From: Candidatus Omnitrophota bacterium | GTDB lineage: Bacteria > Omnitrophota > Omnitrophia > Omnitrophales > Aquincolibacteriaceae | Direction: 5' to 3' | Length of the DNA: 64,000 bases | Assembly (NCBI GenBank): GCA_016930235.1 | Contig: JAFGHI010000042.1 | Location: 2,550-66,549, forward strand | Shown here: one piece after another, positions 1 to 9,570 of the stretch | Layout of the letters: every line of letters starts with the position of its first letter | Position numbering within the stretch: position 1 is the first letter of the stretch | Notes under the pieces: model-generated | Told to the model about the DNA's origin: nothing | Database searches by the model: none | What the model saw: the letters and a program-made list of their open reading frames with translations, nothing else | Program-made: the position numbers and the translations under genes

Positions 1-292
1 AAAGGTATAAGATATCTTCGACTCGTTCGATAAAATCAGGATCACTCAAAGTGGCCGAGACTTTTCCGATACCCCATAAGGTTCCGTTCAGGACTTGTCG
101 GGGTGCCAATAAGGCGTGCGCCAAAACGACTTTTGGCCCGTCGGAAGGGTAAGCCTCTTCTTGCCCGGTATTCCTTAAATTGGGGCTTCCCTGAGTCAAA
201 GGAAGGCAAATGAGATTAATCACACACAAGAGAACCGTGATCAGCCCCACTTTTATTATAGAAATTCTATTGGAAGAAAAAACCAAGCTCAT
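1..292 (-). CDS. Partial gene running off the window; probable exported/outer-membrane protein
   Basis: Manual translation from ATG at 292 gives MSLVFSSNRISIIKVGLITVLLCVINLICLPLTQG...IERVEDILYL, open to position 1. The N-terminus resembles a signal peptide. Not in the ORF track because it is truncated. Confidence 0.55.
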   Translation of the reverse strand, partial: MSLVFSSNRISIIKVGLITVLLCVINLICLPLTQGSPNLRNTGQEEAYPSDGPKVVLAHALLAPRQVLNGTLWGIGKVSATLSDPDFIERVEDILYL

Positions 293-439
293 GGATAAGC
301 CAATTTTAAGCATGATGAATAAAAAAGGCCAGAAAAAAAATTTTAACTATCGGTGAATAAAATCGATATATTAGGTAGAATAAGCGATAAAAATTTCAGC
401 CGTTTTTAAAATGCGGGGACAATAGGAAAGGGTTGGAAC

Positions 440-808
440 ATGCCGAAGAAAATATTGGCCATTGATGATGAGGAAGATCTGCTAAGCATCATTAAAACTT
501 GGCTTGAATCGAATGGCTTTCAAGTTGAAACGGCGAAGAATGGGGAGGAGGGGCTCCATAAGGCAAGAGCTATTAATCCGGATTTGATTATCCTGGATAT
601 TATGATGCCGAAGATGGATGGTTTTGAAGTTTTGTCGGATTTGCGTGGGCATAGGCAGACCAATACGATTCCGGTAGTGATGTTGACTTCCAAAGGAGAG
701 ACTGAAAATATCATGGAGTCAGAACGGTTATTAGCCCAGGATTTTTTAATCAAGCCTTTCGAAGCTCATGAGCTTCTCAATATGGTGCACCGGTACGTGC
801 GGCGTTAA
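440..808 (+). CDS. Single-domain response regulator (CheY-like receiver)
   Basis: ILAIDDE, DLIILDIMMPKMDG (phospho-Asp), VVMLTS and KPF receiver motifs. Confidence 0.93.
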   Translation: MPKKILAIDDEEDLLSIIKTWLESNGFQVETAKNGEEGLHKARAINPDLIILDIMMPKMDGFEVLSDLRGHRQTNTIPVVMLTSKGETENIMESERLLAQDFLIKPFEAHELLNMVHRYVRR

Positions 809-827
809 TTCTTCCGGGGAATGATTT

Positions 828-1187
828 GTGGACCAACGTTATAAGAAGATGCTTATAAAAATGGCCGAGAAGGAAACCAAAGATGGGCCTTCCGACAAAG
901 AAAAAGATTGGTCTTTATATATTCTTCGGTGCTCGGATGGTTCTCTTTATACCGGGATTACCAATGATTTAAATCGACGGTTTAAAATGCACTCTGAAGG
1001 GAAGGCATCCCGCTATACAAGGACTCGCAGACCCGTGGAAATTCTTTACGAAGAAAAATGCGGGACGCGGACGCAGGCGATGGTGCGTGAATGCAAGGTG
1101 AAATCCTACCCTCGAATAAAAAAAGAAGAACTTTTTATTCAAAAATCGAGAATCAAAAGAAAGAAAAAGATCAGAGCTGTTATTTGA
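828..1187 (+). CDS. GIY-YIG nuclease family protein (YazA/UPF0213-like)
   Basis: WSLYILRCSDGSLYTGITNDLNRRFKMH...GKASRYTRTRRPV. Confidence 0.9.
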   Translation: MDQRYKKMLIKMAEKETKDGPSDKEKDWSLYILRCSDGSLYTGITNDLNRRFKMHSEGKASRYTRTRRPVEILYEEKCGTRTQAMVRECKVKSYPRIKKEELFIQKSRIKRKKKIRAVI

Positions 1188-1192
1188 GAATC

Positions 1193-2074
1193 ATGCGGTA
1201 TTTCTTCGAGTACTGTTTTTTTCTTATCTTAAAATTACTGATGGGGCTTCTTCCATTTAAGGCCGGATGCCGGTTAGCGCGTCAATTGGGAGAGATGGTC
1301 TTCTATTTATGGCCTTCGCGAAGGAAAATTGCTCTTCGAAATCTCGACCGTGCTTATCAGGATCGCTTATCGCAGACTCAAAAGAAGATGATTGCTCGGA
1401 AATCTTTCGGGCATGGTGCGATGTCTATTTATGAGTTATTTTCAATCTCCAAAATCTTGCCGAAGCTGGAAACATTTTTTCAGTTCAGAGGGTTTGAACA
1501 TATCGAAAAAGCCCAGTCAAAAGGAAAGGGTGTTATCCTGGTGATCTCGCATGTAGGGGCCTGGGAATATTTATCGTTTTTGACTAATTTGAAAGGGGTT
1601 AAAGGTGGGATGGTGGTCAAAAAGATCAAAAATCCATGGATTGATCGTGAGGTCTGGCGGTGCCGGTCTTTGACGCAGGCCACTCCTATTTTGAAAGATA
1701 ATTCGATGAAAACCGTGCTAGCACGTCTTAAGAAGAATCATGTCATTGCTGTTCTGATTGATCAATGGGACGGACCGGATGGGCTATGGGTGGATTTTTT
1801 CGGAGAGAAAACTTCAACGACATCTATTCCCTCAAGGCTGGCTAGGAAAACGGGGGCCTCGCTCCTTCCGGTATTTTGTGTCCGGCGGGGGATTGGAGAT
1901 TACGAGATTACAATACACGAAGAGGTTATCTTGCCGATGGGTGATAACTGGGAAACAGAAACCACAATTCGGCTAAACCGTATTCTTGAGGAGCAGATCC
2001 GGGAATGTCCTGATCAATGGAATTGGGGACACCGTCGTTGGAAACCGGAACCTTCTAGTTATCGCATGAAATAA
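1193..2074 (+). CDS. Lipid A / lysophospholipid acyltransferase (LpxL/HtrB family)
   Basis: HVGAWE, LIDQ, FFG and PDQWNWGHRRWK motifs. Start moved to ATG 1193 to avoid overlapping the GIY-YIG gene. Confidence 0.88.
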   Translation: MRYFFEYCFFLILKLLMGLLPFKAGCRLARQLGEMVFYLWPSRRKIALRNLDRAYQDRLSQTQKKMIARKSFGHGAMSIYELFSISKILPKLETFFQFRGFEHIEKAQSKGKGVILVISHVGAWEYLSFLTNLKGVKGGMVVKKIKNPWIDREVWRCRSLTQATPILKDNSMKTVLARLKKNHVIAVLIDQWDGPDGLWVDFFGEKTSTTSIPSRLARKTGASLLPVFCVRRGIGDYEITIHEEVILPMGDNWETETTIRLNRILEEQIRECPDQWNWGHRRWKPEPSSYRMK

Positions 2075-2239
2075 CCTATCCTCGATGTCTTTAGAATTTT
2101 TAAAAGAAGATTAGAGACTTTTTTGGAATCTTTGATAGAATACGAAACATAATACTTGACCCCCAAAGTAGGATGCGTCTGTCTACAGATTAATCGTTTA
2201 ATAACTTATTGGTATTAAAAGAGTAAGGAAGAGTGAACC

Positions 2240-4384
2240 ATGGGCAGTAAGGCAGCTGTGTCAAAAGGGCAGAAGAAATTGAATGCGTTGTTTGAACCGG
2301 AAAGCATTGCGGTGATTGGGGCCTCCAGAAGAAAAGAAGCGGTCGGTTTTGCCATTCTTCATAATCTGATTGCAGCGGGGTACAAAGGAAAAATTTATCC
2401 GGTCAATCCTAAAGTTGATGAGTTGGAAGGAATGCGTTGCTACCATTCGGTTGATGAGATCCCAGCGGCTTTTGATCTGGCCGTCATTATTATCCCAAGT
2501 TCGGTTGTTCCGGAAATGCTGAGGCAATGCGGAGAAAAAGGTGCACAAGCGGCGATTGTCATTTCAGCCGGTTTTCGTGAGGTGAGCAAGGAAGGGGCAA
2601 AGCTTGAGCAGGAAGTTTCGAAGATTGCCGATGAATATGGGATGCCTGTTTTAGGGCCGAATTGTCTGGGCATGATCAATGCCAGTTCCAAAATGTCGAT
2701 GAATGCAAGTTTTTCTGCGACGATGCCCAAGGAAGGAAATATTGCTTTTTTATCTCAAAGTGGAGCCCTTTGTACAGCCATTCTTGATTATGCCAAAGGG
2801 GAGAATATAGGTTTTTCCAAGTTCATCAGCCTAGGCAACAAAGTTGATCTCAATGAAGTCGATATCCTCCGTTATCTTAAAGAAGACCCCGAGACAGACG
2901 TTGTCCTTATGTATATCGAAGATTTAGTGGATGGTCGTGCGTTCATCGATGTTGCGCGCGAAATGACAGGCGATCTTGAGAATGGCAAGCCGATATTGGC
3001 CATTAAAGCGGGGAGGACAGCTCAAGGCGCCAAAGCAGCGCAATCCCATACCGGATCTTTGATGGGATCAGACAAAGTTTATGATGCCATTTTTGCGCAG
3101 GCAGGAGTCTTGCGGTTAGATTCGGTTGCCGAGATGTTTGATTTAGGAATTGCCTTTGCGAATGAGCCCCTTCCTAAAAGCAATCGCGTCGCGATTGTGA
3201 CAAATGCTGGTGGCCCCGGGATTATGGCGACGGATGCTTGTGTGCGTTATGGTTTAGAAATGGCGGAACTCGAACAAACAACACGCGAAGCACTGGCAAA
3301 GGTACTCCCGCCCACGGCGAATTTGAATAATCCGGTTGATGTGATTGGTGATGCCCAACACGACCGGTATGAGCAAGCCTTGAAGATTGTGGCGCAAGAT
3401 CCTAACGTTGACGGAATTATCGTTATCCTGACGCCTCAAGCCATGACCGATATCAAGGAAATTGCCGACGTGGTCGTTCAAATCGATAAACAGACAGATA
3501 TTCCCCTTATTGCTTGTTTTATGGGCATTGTCGATGTTACTCCGGGAGTCAAGGTTCTCGAAGAAAATTTTGTGCCGCATTACCGGTTTCCTGAGGAAAC
3601 GGCTCGAGCTTTGGGGGCGATGTACCGTTACCAGCAGTGGATGAAGCGTCCCAGGACAGATGTTGTTCATTTCAAGGTCGAAAAGGATCGAGCGACAAAG
3701 ATTTTAAAACAGATGAAACAACCCGAACCGAGTGTTTTACCGATCCATGATGCGATGGCTATTTTTGAGGCTTATGGATTTCCTGTTTTGCCGTATGGTT
3801 TGGCGCATCATGAAGGAGAGGCCAGAGAGATCAGCCAGAAAGTTGGTTTCCCCATTGCCATGAAGATCGTCTCAAATCAGGTTGTCCATAAATTTGATGT
3901 CGGGGGTGTTCGCTTAAATATTAACAGTCCTGAGGAAGCGGCCAAGGCTTATTGTGAGATTGTCCAGATCGTTTCCAGCAAGTCCCCCGGGGCACTGATA
4001 GAAGGAGTTTTAATCCAAAGGATGGCACAAAAGGGGCGTGAAGTGATTCTAGGGATGAACCGCGATCCTCATTTTGGGCCGACCTTGATGTTTGGATTAG
4101 GAGGGATTTATGTTGAAGCGCTCAAGGATGTAACTTTCCGTTTGGCCCCGATCCGCGAATTGACGGCGCGGCATATGATTAAGATGATTCGTGCCTATCC
4201 GATTTTAAAGGGAATTCGCGGTGAGAAACCCGCCGATTTTGCAAAGATAGCCGAATGCTTGGAGCGGTTATCTCAACTTGTCTGTGAAAATCCTCAAATC
4301 AGCGAAGTAGATATCAACCCCCTGATGGTTTACGAAGTAGGGTTGGGTGCTGCGGTCGTGGATGCCAGGATTGTGATTGATTAG
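2240..4384 (+). CDS. acdAB: Acetate--CoA ligase (ADP-forming), fused alpha/beta
   Basis: CoA-binding domain (IAVIGAS, GPNCLG), SQSGA, SHTGSL (phospho-His), NPVD, and a C-terminal ATP-grasp domain (HKFDVGGV, DINPL, DARI). No GNAT domain. Confidence 0.88.
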   Translation: MGSKAAVSKGQKKLNALFEPESIAVIGASRRKEAVGFAILHNLIAAGYKGKIYPVNPKVDELEGMRCYHSVDEIPAAFDLAVIIIPSSVVPEMLRQCGEKGAQAAIVISAGFREVSKEGAKLEQEVSKIADEYGMPVLGPNCLGMINASSKMSMNASFSATMPKEGNIAFLSQSGALCTAILDYAKGENIGFSKFISLGNKVDLNEVDILRYLKEDPETDVVLMYIEDLVDGRAFIDVAREMTGDLENGKPILAIKAGRTAQGAKAAQSHTGSLMGSDKVYDAIFAQAGVLRLDSVAEMFDLGIAFANEPLPKSNRVAIVTNAGGPGIMATDACVRYGLEMAELEQTTREALAKVLPPTANLNNPVDVIGDAQHDRYEQALKIVAQDPNVDGIIVILTPQAMTDIKEIADVVVQIDKQTDIPLIACFMGIVDVTPGVKVLEENFVPHYRFPEETARALGAMYRYQQWMKRPRTDVVHFKVEKDRATKILKQMKQPEPSVLPIHDAMAIFEAYGFPVLPYGLAHHEGEAREISQKVGFPIAMKIVSNQVVHKFDVGGVRLNINSPEEAAKAYCEIVQIVSSKSPGALIEGVLIQRMAQKGREVILGMNRDPHFGPTLMFGLGGIYVEALKDVTFRLAPIRELTARHMIKMIRAYPILKGIRGEKPADFAKIAECLERLSQLVCENPQISEVDINPLMVYEVGLGAAVVDARIVID

Positions 4385-4474
4385 AGAATAATGTAATTCG
4401 TTTCTGCAATTTGGGTTAGCCATCAGATTTCGATTTTTTCCCTTCTTAAAATTCAATGCCTCCGATTTTTGAAG

Positions 4475-4530
4475 TTGAAAACTTCCTTTAAATTTGTAGA
4501 ATGACCCAAGAATTGTTCAGAAATTCACAA
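4475..4530 (+). promoter_or_regulatory. Sigma70-type promoter followed by a Rex-like operator
   Basis: TTGAAA(4475)-16 nt-TAGAAT(4497). TTGTTCA-GAAA-TTCACAA at 4513-4530 resembles the Rex consensus TTGTGAA-N4-TTCACAA and lies directly upstream of rex. Confidence 0.65.
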
Positions 4531-4543
4531 TTAAGAGGTTAAG

Positions 4544-5161
4544 TTGCGAAAAGTATCGCCTAAAACACTTACTCGGGCACTTTTTTATATCCGGACCTTA
4601 AACCGTCTGCTTCATTTAGGGGGATCGGTCGTTTCTTCTAAAGAGTTGGCGGATATTATGGGTTTCTCCGATGCTCAAGTCCGGAAAGATATTTCTAATT
4701 TTGGCAAGGTGGGGAAACCCCGTATCGGATATAAAGTCGCAGAGCTTAAACAAGTGCTGGAAGATTTCCTGGTTCAGGATGTGGTCCATGCGGCCCTTTT
4801 TGGAGTCGGGAATCTCGGGTCGGCCATCTTGAGATATTCCGGGTTTCATCAAAATAAAATCAAACTCGTGGCAGCTTTTGATATTGATAAGAATAAAATC
4901 GGAAAAACAATTAATGGAGTTCCTGTTTATGCGATGAAAGATATTCGTGAAATTGTGCGCAGGACGCATGTTGATATTGGTATCATCGCTGCCCCCGAAG
5001 AAGCAAGCCAGGACATTGCCGATTTAATCGTGGGTTCGGGCTTAAAGGGAATTGTTAATTTTGCGCCGACTTCCGTAAGTGTCCCCAAAGGAGTTTTTGT
5101 CAAGGACATTGATTTATCCATAGAATTTTTGTCACTTTTTTGCGACATGCAGCATTCATGA
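4544..5161 (+). CDS. rex: Redox-sensing transcriptional repressor Rex (copy 1)
   Basis: VSSKELA...QVRKDISNFG..G...GY winged helix; GVGNLG NADH-binding fold; NFAP. TTG start. Confidence 0.93.
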   Translation: MRKVSPKTLTRALFYIRTLNRLLHLGGSVVSSKELADIMGFSDAQVRKDISNFGKVGKPRIGYKVAELKQVLEDFLVQDVVHAALFGVGNLGSAILRYSGFHQNKIKLVAAFDIDKNKIGKTINGVPVYAMKDIREIVRRTHVDIGIIAAPEEASQDIADLIVGSGLKGIVNFAPTSVSVPKGVFVKDIDLSIEFLSLFCDMQHS

Positions 5162-5185
5162 TTTTTTCAGGGAGATTTCAAGAAC

Positions 5186-5557
5186 GTGCACGAGATGTCG
5201 ATTGCCCAAGGAATGATCGAGCAGATTGAGAAAATAGCTCAAGATTATGATGCGATACGAGTCACGAAAGTGGAAATCGAGACAGGTATTTTAAGGCAGG
5301 TCATCGCCGATGTGATGCAAACGGCGTTTCAAGCGGTGAGCGAGGGGACCCTTGCTGAAGGTTCGTTGCTTGAGCTGAGGGAAGTCCCGGCGCTTGCAGA
5401 ATGCCGGAAGTGTAAGATGTCATTTGAGCCGGAGATTGACAATTTTCTTTGTCCCCAATGCCATTTAGCGGATGTCAAAATCCTTCAGGGGGATGAAATC
5501 ATACTGAAATCGATGGAATGTGATTCCAAGGAGAAAAAAGAAACCCATGAAAATTAA
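5186..5557 (+). CDS. hypA: Hydrogenase nickel metallochaperone HypA
   Basis: N-terminal MHE Ni motif and two CxxC motifs (CRKC, CPQC). Confidence 0.95.
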   Translation: MHEMSIAQGMIEQIEKIAQDYDAIRVTKVEIETGILRQVIADVMQTAFQAVSEGTLAEGSLLELREVPALAECRKCKMSFEPEIDNFLCPQCHLADVKILQGDEIILKSMECDSKEKKETHEN

Positions 5558-6230
5558 CGTTGTGAAACGTGTTCTCAATGCCAATGATTTGGTCGCGCAG
5601 GATAATCGTAAAAAGTTCAAGCAAGCGCAGGTCTTAGCTGTGAACTTCATCAGCTCGCCCGGGAGCGGGAAGACGACGCTTTTAGAGAAAACCATCCAGA
5701 AACTTTTGCCTGATGAAAAATCGATTGCGCTTGTTGGAGATCTTCAGACGACAAGAGATGCCGAAAGGCTTGCTCCGGGGGCTTTGCAGGCGACTCAAAT
5801 TAACACAGGGATGAGTTGTCATTTGTATGCGAATCAAGTGGCGGATGCGTTGAAGACACTCCCGCTTGCAAAGGCCGATTATCTTTTTATCGAAAATGTC
5901 GGCAATATGGTCTGTCCGGGTGAATTTGATTTGGGAGAAAATCTCAAAGTAGTGCTTCTGAGCATTCCGGAAGGGGATGACAAAGTTGCGAAATACCCGA
6001 CTATTTTTAGGGCGGCTGATCTCGTATTGATCACAAAGATCGATTTAATGGGTGCCTTGAGTTTCGATTTAAAAAGAATCCAGGATGATTTGGCAAAATT
6101 AAATGCCAACGTGCCTTTGATCCAATTATCCTCTTTGAAAGGGGACGGCATGGTGCCATGGATCCAGTGGTTGAAGGCCCAGCGTCGAAAAGGGATTGGG
6201 GCTCAAGCAAAATTTGTGACCGAGGAATAA
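5547..6230 (+). CDS. hypB: Hydrogenase nickel-insertion GTPase HypB
   Basis: SSPGSGKTT, CHL, ENVGNMVCP, EGDDK..KYP and TKID motifs; start taken at ATG 5547. Confidence 0.95.
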   Translation: MKINVVKRVLNANDLVAQDNRKKFKQAQVLAVNFISSPGSGKTTLLEKTIQKLLPDEKSIALVGDLQTTRDAERLAPGALQATQINTGMSCHLYANQVADALKTLPLAKADYLFIENVGNMVCPGEFDLGENLKVVLLSIPEGDDKVAKYPTIFRAADLVLITKIDLMGALSFDLKRIQDDLAKLNANVPLIQLSSLKGDGMVPWIQWLKAQRRKGIGAQAKFVTEE

Positions 6231-6268
6231 TATTTCCTCCAAAAAGATAGACAGTCTTTAATTATCTC

Positions 6269-6321
6269 TTGAAATAAATCTAAAAGTGAGTATAATAACT
6301 CAATTGTTACGAATTTCACGA
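6269..6321 (+). promoter_or_regulatory. Promoter and Rex-like operator upstream of hoxF
   Basis: TTGAAA(6269)-16 nt-TATAAT(6291); TTGTTAC-GAAT-TTCACGA at 6304-6321. Confidence 0.6.
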
Positions 6322-6426
6322 TTGAGTGGGATCGCGTACCTTCCTCGTCCTTTCCAGTAAAGGCCAAGAGGGCGTTTTTTTACATTGACCCCAAGAACCG
6401 ATAGAGAATGAATAAGGGTTATCTCC

Positions 6427-8238
6427 ATGAATAAGGATATCGAGAAGATTGTTAAGCAGGTTTGTGAATCGAATGGCCAGAACAAGACCAAGATGATGAA
6501 TATTGTGACCTCTCTGCAGGAGCGCTTGGGGGGGCTATCCGGTGACGTGATGGATCTCATTGCTAAGCAGACAAAAGTTCATCGGGTCGAGGTCGAAAGC
6601 ATTGTTTCCTTTTATTCCTTCCTCTCGAAAACCCCAAAAGGCAAGATTGTGATCAGACTTTGTAATGATATCGTTGATAAAATGCAGGGTGGGGAAGCTG
6701 TCCGGAAGGCTTTTTGCGACGAGTTAGGGGTCAAAATAGGCGGGACTACGCCTGATGGGAATATGACCTTGGAAGAAACACCGTGCATCGGTATGTGCGA
6801 CCAAGCTCCGGCAGCGTTAGTGAATGATGTTGTCTTCACTTATTTGTCGACCGATAAAGCGCGGGAGATTGTCCGCGAATTAAAAAAGCATGGTGACCCC
6901 AAAAAAATTCCGCATCGGCTCGGAGATGGCAATAACGCTCATGACTTGGTACGTTCCATGGTTCATAACGGCATTCGAAAGAAAGGGCCTGTTATTTTTT
7001 CGGATTATGAAGCTGAAAGCGGACTCAAAAAAGCGCTTGCCATGAGCCCTGTCGAAGTGATTCGGGAAGTCAAGATTGCGCGGCTTCGCGGACGAGGTGG
7101 CGCAGGATTCCCGACGGGGATGAAATGGGAATTTACGCGCGGTGCCGAAGGAACCCAAAAATTTGTTATCTGCAATGCGGATGAGGGGGAACCAGGGACC
7201 TTTAAAGACCGGGTTATCCTGACGGAAAAGTATGATCTGCTTTTTGAGGGAATGACAATCGGAGGATATGCGATTGGTTCAGATACGGGCATCCTGTATT
7301 TACGGGGTGAATACCTTTATTTGAAGGCTTTCCTCGAGGAAATGCTTGAGGACAGGCGCAAGAAAGGTTTGTTGGGTAAGGATATCCTTCATAAAAAGGG
7401 TTTTCACTTTGATATTCATATTCAAATAGGGGCGGGGGCCTACATTTGTGGTGAAGAAACATCACTGATCAGTTCTTGTGAGGGGCTGCGCGGAGATCCA
7501 AAAACACGGCCGCCATTTCCTGCTCAGAAGGGTTATTTAGGCTGTCCGACAACAGTCAATAACGTTGAAACATTTTGTTGTGTGGCGCGCATTATGGATC
7601 GTGGTGCCACTTGGTTTGCCGAGATTGGATCGAAAGGAAGTCCGAGTACAAAGTTGTTGAGCGTTTCAGGAGATTGTTCGGGGCCCGGTGTTTATGAGTT
7701 TCCTTTCGGGATCAAGGTCCGGGATTTACTCAAGGAGGTTGGAGCCGAGGATGTCCAAGCGGTTCTCATCGGTGGTCCGTCAGGTCAGATCATTGGCCCT
7801 TCGGATTTTGAGCGAACGATTTGCTACGATGATTTGCCGACGGGTGGATCAATCGTTATTTTCAATCAGGAAAGAAATATTCTGGAAGTCGTCAAAGAGT
7901 ATATGGATTTCTTTGTGGAGGAGAGTTGCGGCTATTGTACGCCTTGCCGTGTCGGTAATGTTTTGCTTCGAAATGGAATCGAGAACATCATCGAGGGCAA
8001 GGGGGAACCGAAAGATCTGGATTATTTGAAAGAATTGGGAGAATCCGTGAAAGTGACCAGCCGGTGCGGTTTGGGACAGACGTCTCCGAATCCGGTCCTC
8101 ACGACTTTAAAGAATTTCCGAGGAGTTTACGAAAAATTGGTCAAAAAAGACGAAAAGGGTTTTCAGCCGACTTTTGATGCAAAACGAGCGGTAGGCGATG
8201 CGGAGAAAGTGGCTGGGCGCGCATCCGTTCATTATTAA
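6427..8238 (+). CDS. hoxF: NAD-reducing [NiFe]-hydrogenase diaphorase subunit HoxF (NuoE-NuoF fusion)
   Basis: N-terminal NuoE-like domain; RGRGGAGFPTG, CNADEGEPGTFKDR, GAGAYICGEE, ESCGYCTPCR..C [4Fe-4S]. Confidence 0.92.
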   Translation: MNKDIEKIVKQVCESNGQNKTKMMNIVTSLQERLGGLSGDVMDLIAKQTKVHRVEVESIVSFYSFLSKTPKGKIVIRLCNDIVDKMQGGEAVRKAFCDELGVKIGGTTPDGNMTLEETPCIGMCDQAPAALVNDVVFTYLSTDKAREIVRELKKHGDPKKIPHRLGDGNNAHDLVRSMVHNGIRKKGPVIFSDYEAESGLKKALAMSPVEVIREVKIARLRGRGGAGFPTGMKWEFTRGAEGTQKFVICNADEGEPGTFKDRVILTEKYDLLFEGMTIGGYAIGSDTGILYLRGEYLYLKAFLEEMLEDRRKKGLLGKDILHKKGFHFDIHIQIGAGAYICGEETSLISSCEGLRGDPKTRPPFPAQKGYLGCPTTVNNVETFCCVARIMDRGATWFAEIGSKGSPSTKLLSVSGDCSGPGVYEFPFGIKVRDLLKEVGAEDVQAVLIGGPSGQIIGPSDFERTICYDDLPTGGSIVIFNQERNILEVVKEYMDFFVEESCGYCTPCRVGNVLLRNGIENIIEGKGEPKDLDYLKELGESVKVTSRCGLGQTSPNPVLTTLKNFRGVYEKLVKKDEKGFQPTFDAKRAVGDAEKVAGRASVHY

Positions 8239-8262
8239 TCTATTTAACATAAGGGTTGAATT

Positions 8263-8985
8263 ATGGGGCAGACAATAAAATTTACGATTGATGGAACTGA
8301 AGTCAACGGACGTCCAGGCCAGACGATTATGGAAGCCGCCGATGAGGCAGGGGTTTATATCCCGCGTCTATGTTACCTGAAAGAATTAACGCCGCATGGC
8401 AGCTGCCGCGTTTGTACGGTCATCGTCAACGGCCGCCCGCAGACAGCTTGCACGCAGCCGATTGCTGACGGGATGACGGTTGAGAATAATACGCCGGAAC
8501 TGCTGGAGCATCGTAAGAACCTTGTTGATATGCTTTTTGTGGAGGGGAATCATTTTTGCATGTTCTGTGAAAAAAGCGGTAATTGTGAGCTTCAGGCGAT
8601 GGCTTACCGGTTGGGGATTCTGGCTCCTAAATATCCTTTTATGTTTCCGACTTGCGAGGTGGATGCTTCGCACCCCGACATCTTCATTGACCGCAACCGT
8701 TGTATCTTATGTGGACGATGTGTGCAGGCATCCAAAGATTTGGATGGCAAACACGTTTTTGATTTTGTCGGCCGCGGAGTTCATAAGAAGATCGCGGTGG
8801 ATGCAGAAGCAAAACTGGTGGATACGGATGCTGATGTGCGTGACAAAGCTGCGGAAGTTTGCCCCGTCGGGGCCATCTTAAAAAAGCACATAGGATTTTC
8901 AGTCCCTATTGGGAAACGTCTTTATGACCAAAAACCGATCGGATCGGAAATTGAAGAGAAAAAAATGACAAAGGTAAAAAGTTAA
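8263..8985 (+). CDS. hoxU: Diaphorase Fe-S subunit HoxU
   Basis: IPRLC...CRVC...C [2Fe-2S]; HFCMFC...C; RCILCGRC; CPVGAI. Confidence 0.93.
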   Translation: MGQTIKFTIDGTEVNGRPGQTIMEAADEAGVYIPRLCYLKELTPHGSCRVCTVIVNGRPQTACTQPIADGMTVENNTPELLEHRKNLVDMLFVEGNHFCMFCEKSGNCELQAMAYRLGILAPKYPFMFPTCEVDASHPDIFIDRNRCILCGRCVQASKDLDGKHVFDFVGRGVHKKIAVDAEAKLVDTDADVRDKAAEVCPVGAILKKHIGFSVPIGKRLYDQKPIGSEIEEKKMTKVKS

Positions 8986-9003
8986 AGGTAGGGGAAGAAG
9001 AGT

Positions 9004-9549
9004 ATGGAGAAGCCAAAGGTTGCGACAGCGTCATTAGCAGGATGTTTTGGATGCCACATGTCAGTCCTTGATATCGATGAAAGGATCCTGAAGCTTGTGG
9101 AATTGATACGTTTCGATAAATCTCCCATTAACGATATCAAAGAGTTTACGGGCCGTTGTTTAGTAGGGTTGATCGAAGGGGGTTGCTGCAATGATGAGAA
9201 TGTCCATGTGCTTCGAAACTTCCGGGAGCATTGCGATATCCTTATTTCGTTGGGCGACTGTGCTGTCAATGGGGGTGTTCCTGCAATGCGTAACGGTATC
9301 CCTCTCCGGGAATGTTTAGAGGAAGCATACCTCAACGGCCCCACTGTTTATAATCCTAAAAAGATTATCCCCAACGACAAAGAAATTCCTCTTTGTCTGG
9401 ACAAGGTTTATCCTTGCCATCACGTTGTGAAGATCGATTATTTTCTTCCCGGATGCCCGCCTTCCGCGGACACGATTTGGGAAACCTTGGTTGCACTTTT
9501 AAATAATAAGCCGCTTGATTTGCCTTACGAATTGATCAAGTACGATTAA
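9004..9549 (+). CDS. hoxY: [NiFe]-hydrogenase small subunit HoxY
   Basis: GCFGC, GDCA and PGCPP; short single-cluster small subunit. Confidence 0.93.
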   Translation: MEKPKVATASLAGCFGCHMSVLDIDERILKLVELIRFDKSPINDIKEFTGRCLVGLIEGGCCNDENVHVLRNFREHCDILISLGDCAVNGGVPAMRNGIPLRECLEEAYLNGPTVYNPKKIIPNDKEIPLCLDKVYPCHHVVKIDYFLPGCPPSADTIWETLVALLNNKPLDLPYELIKYD

Positions 9550-9570
9550 TGACATTGGAGCTAGGAAAAC

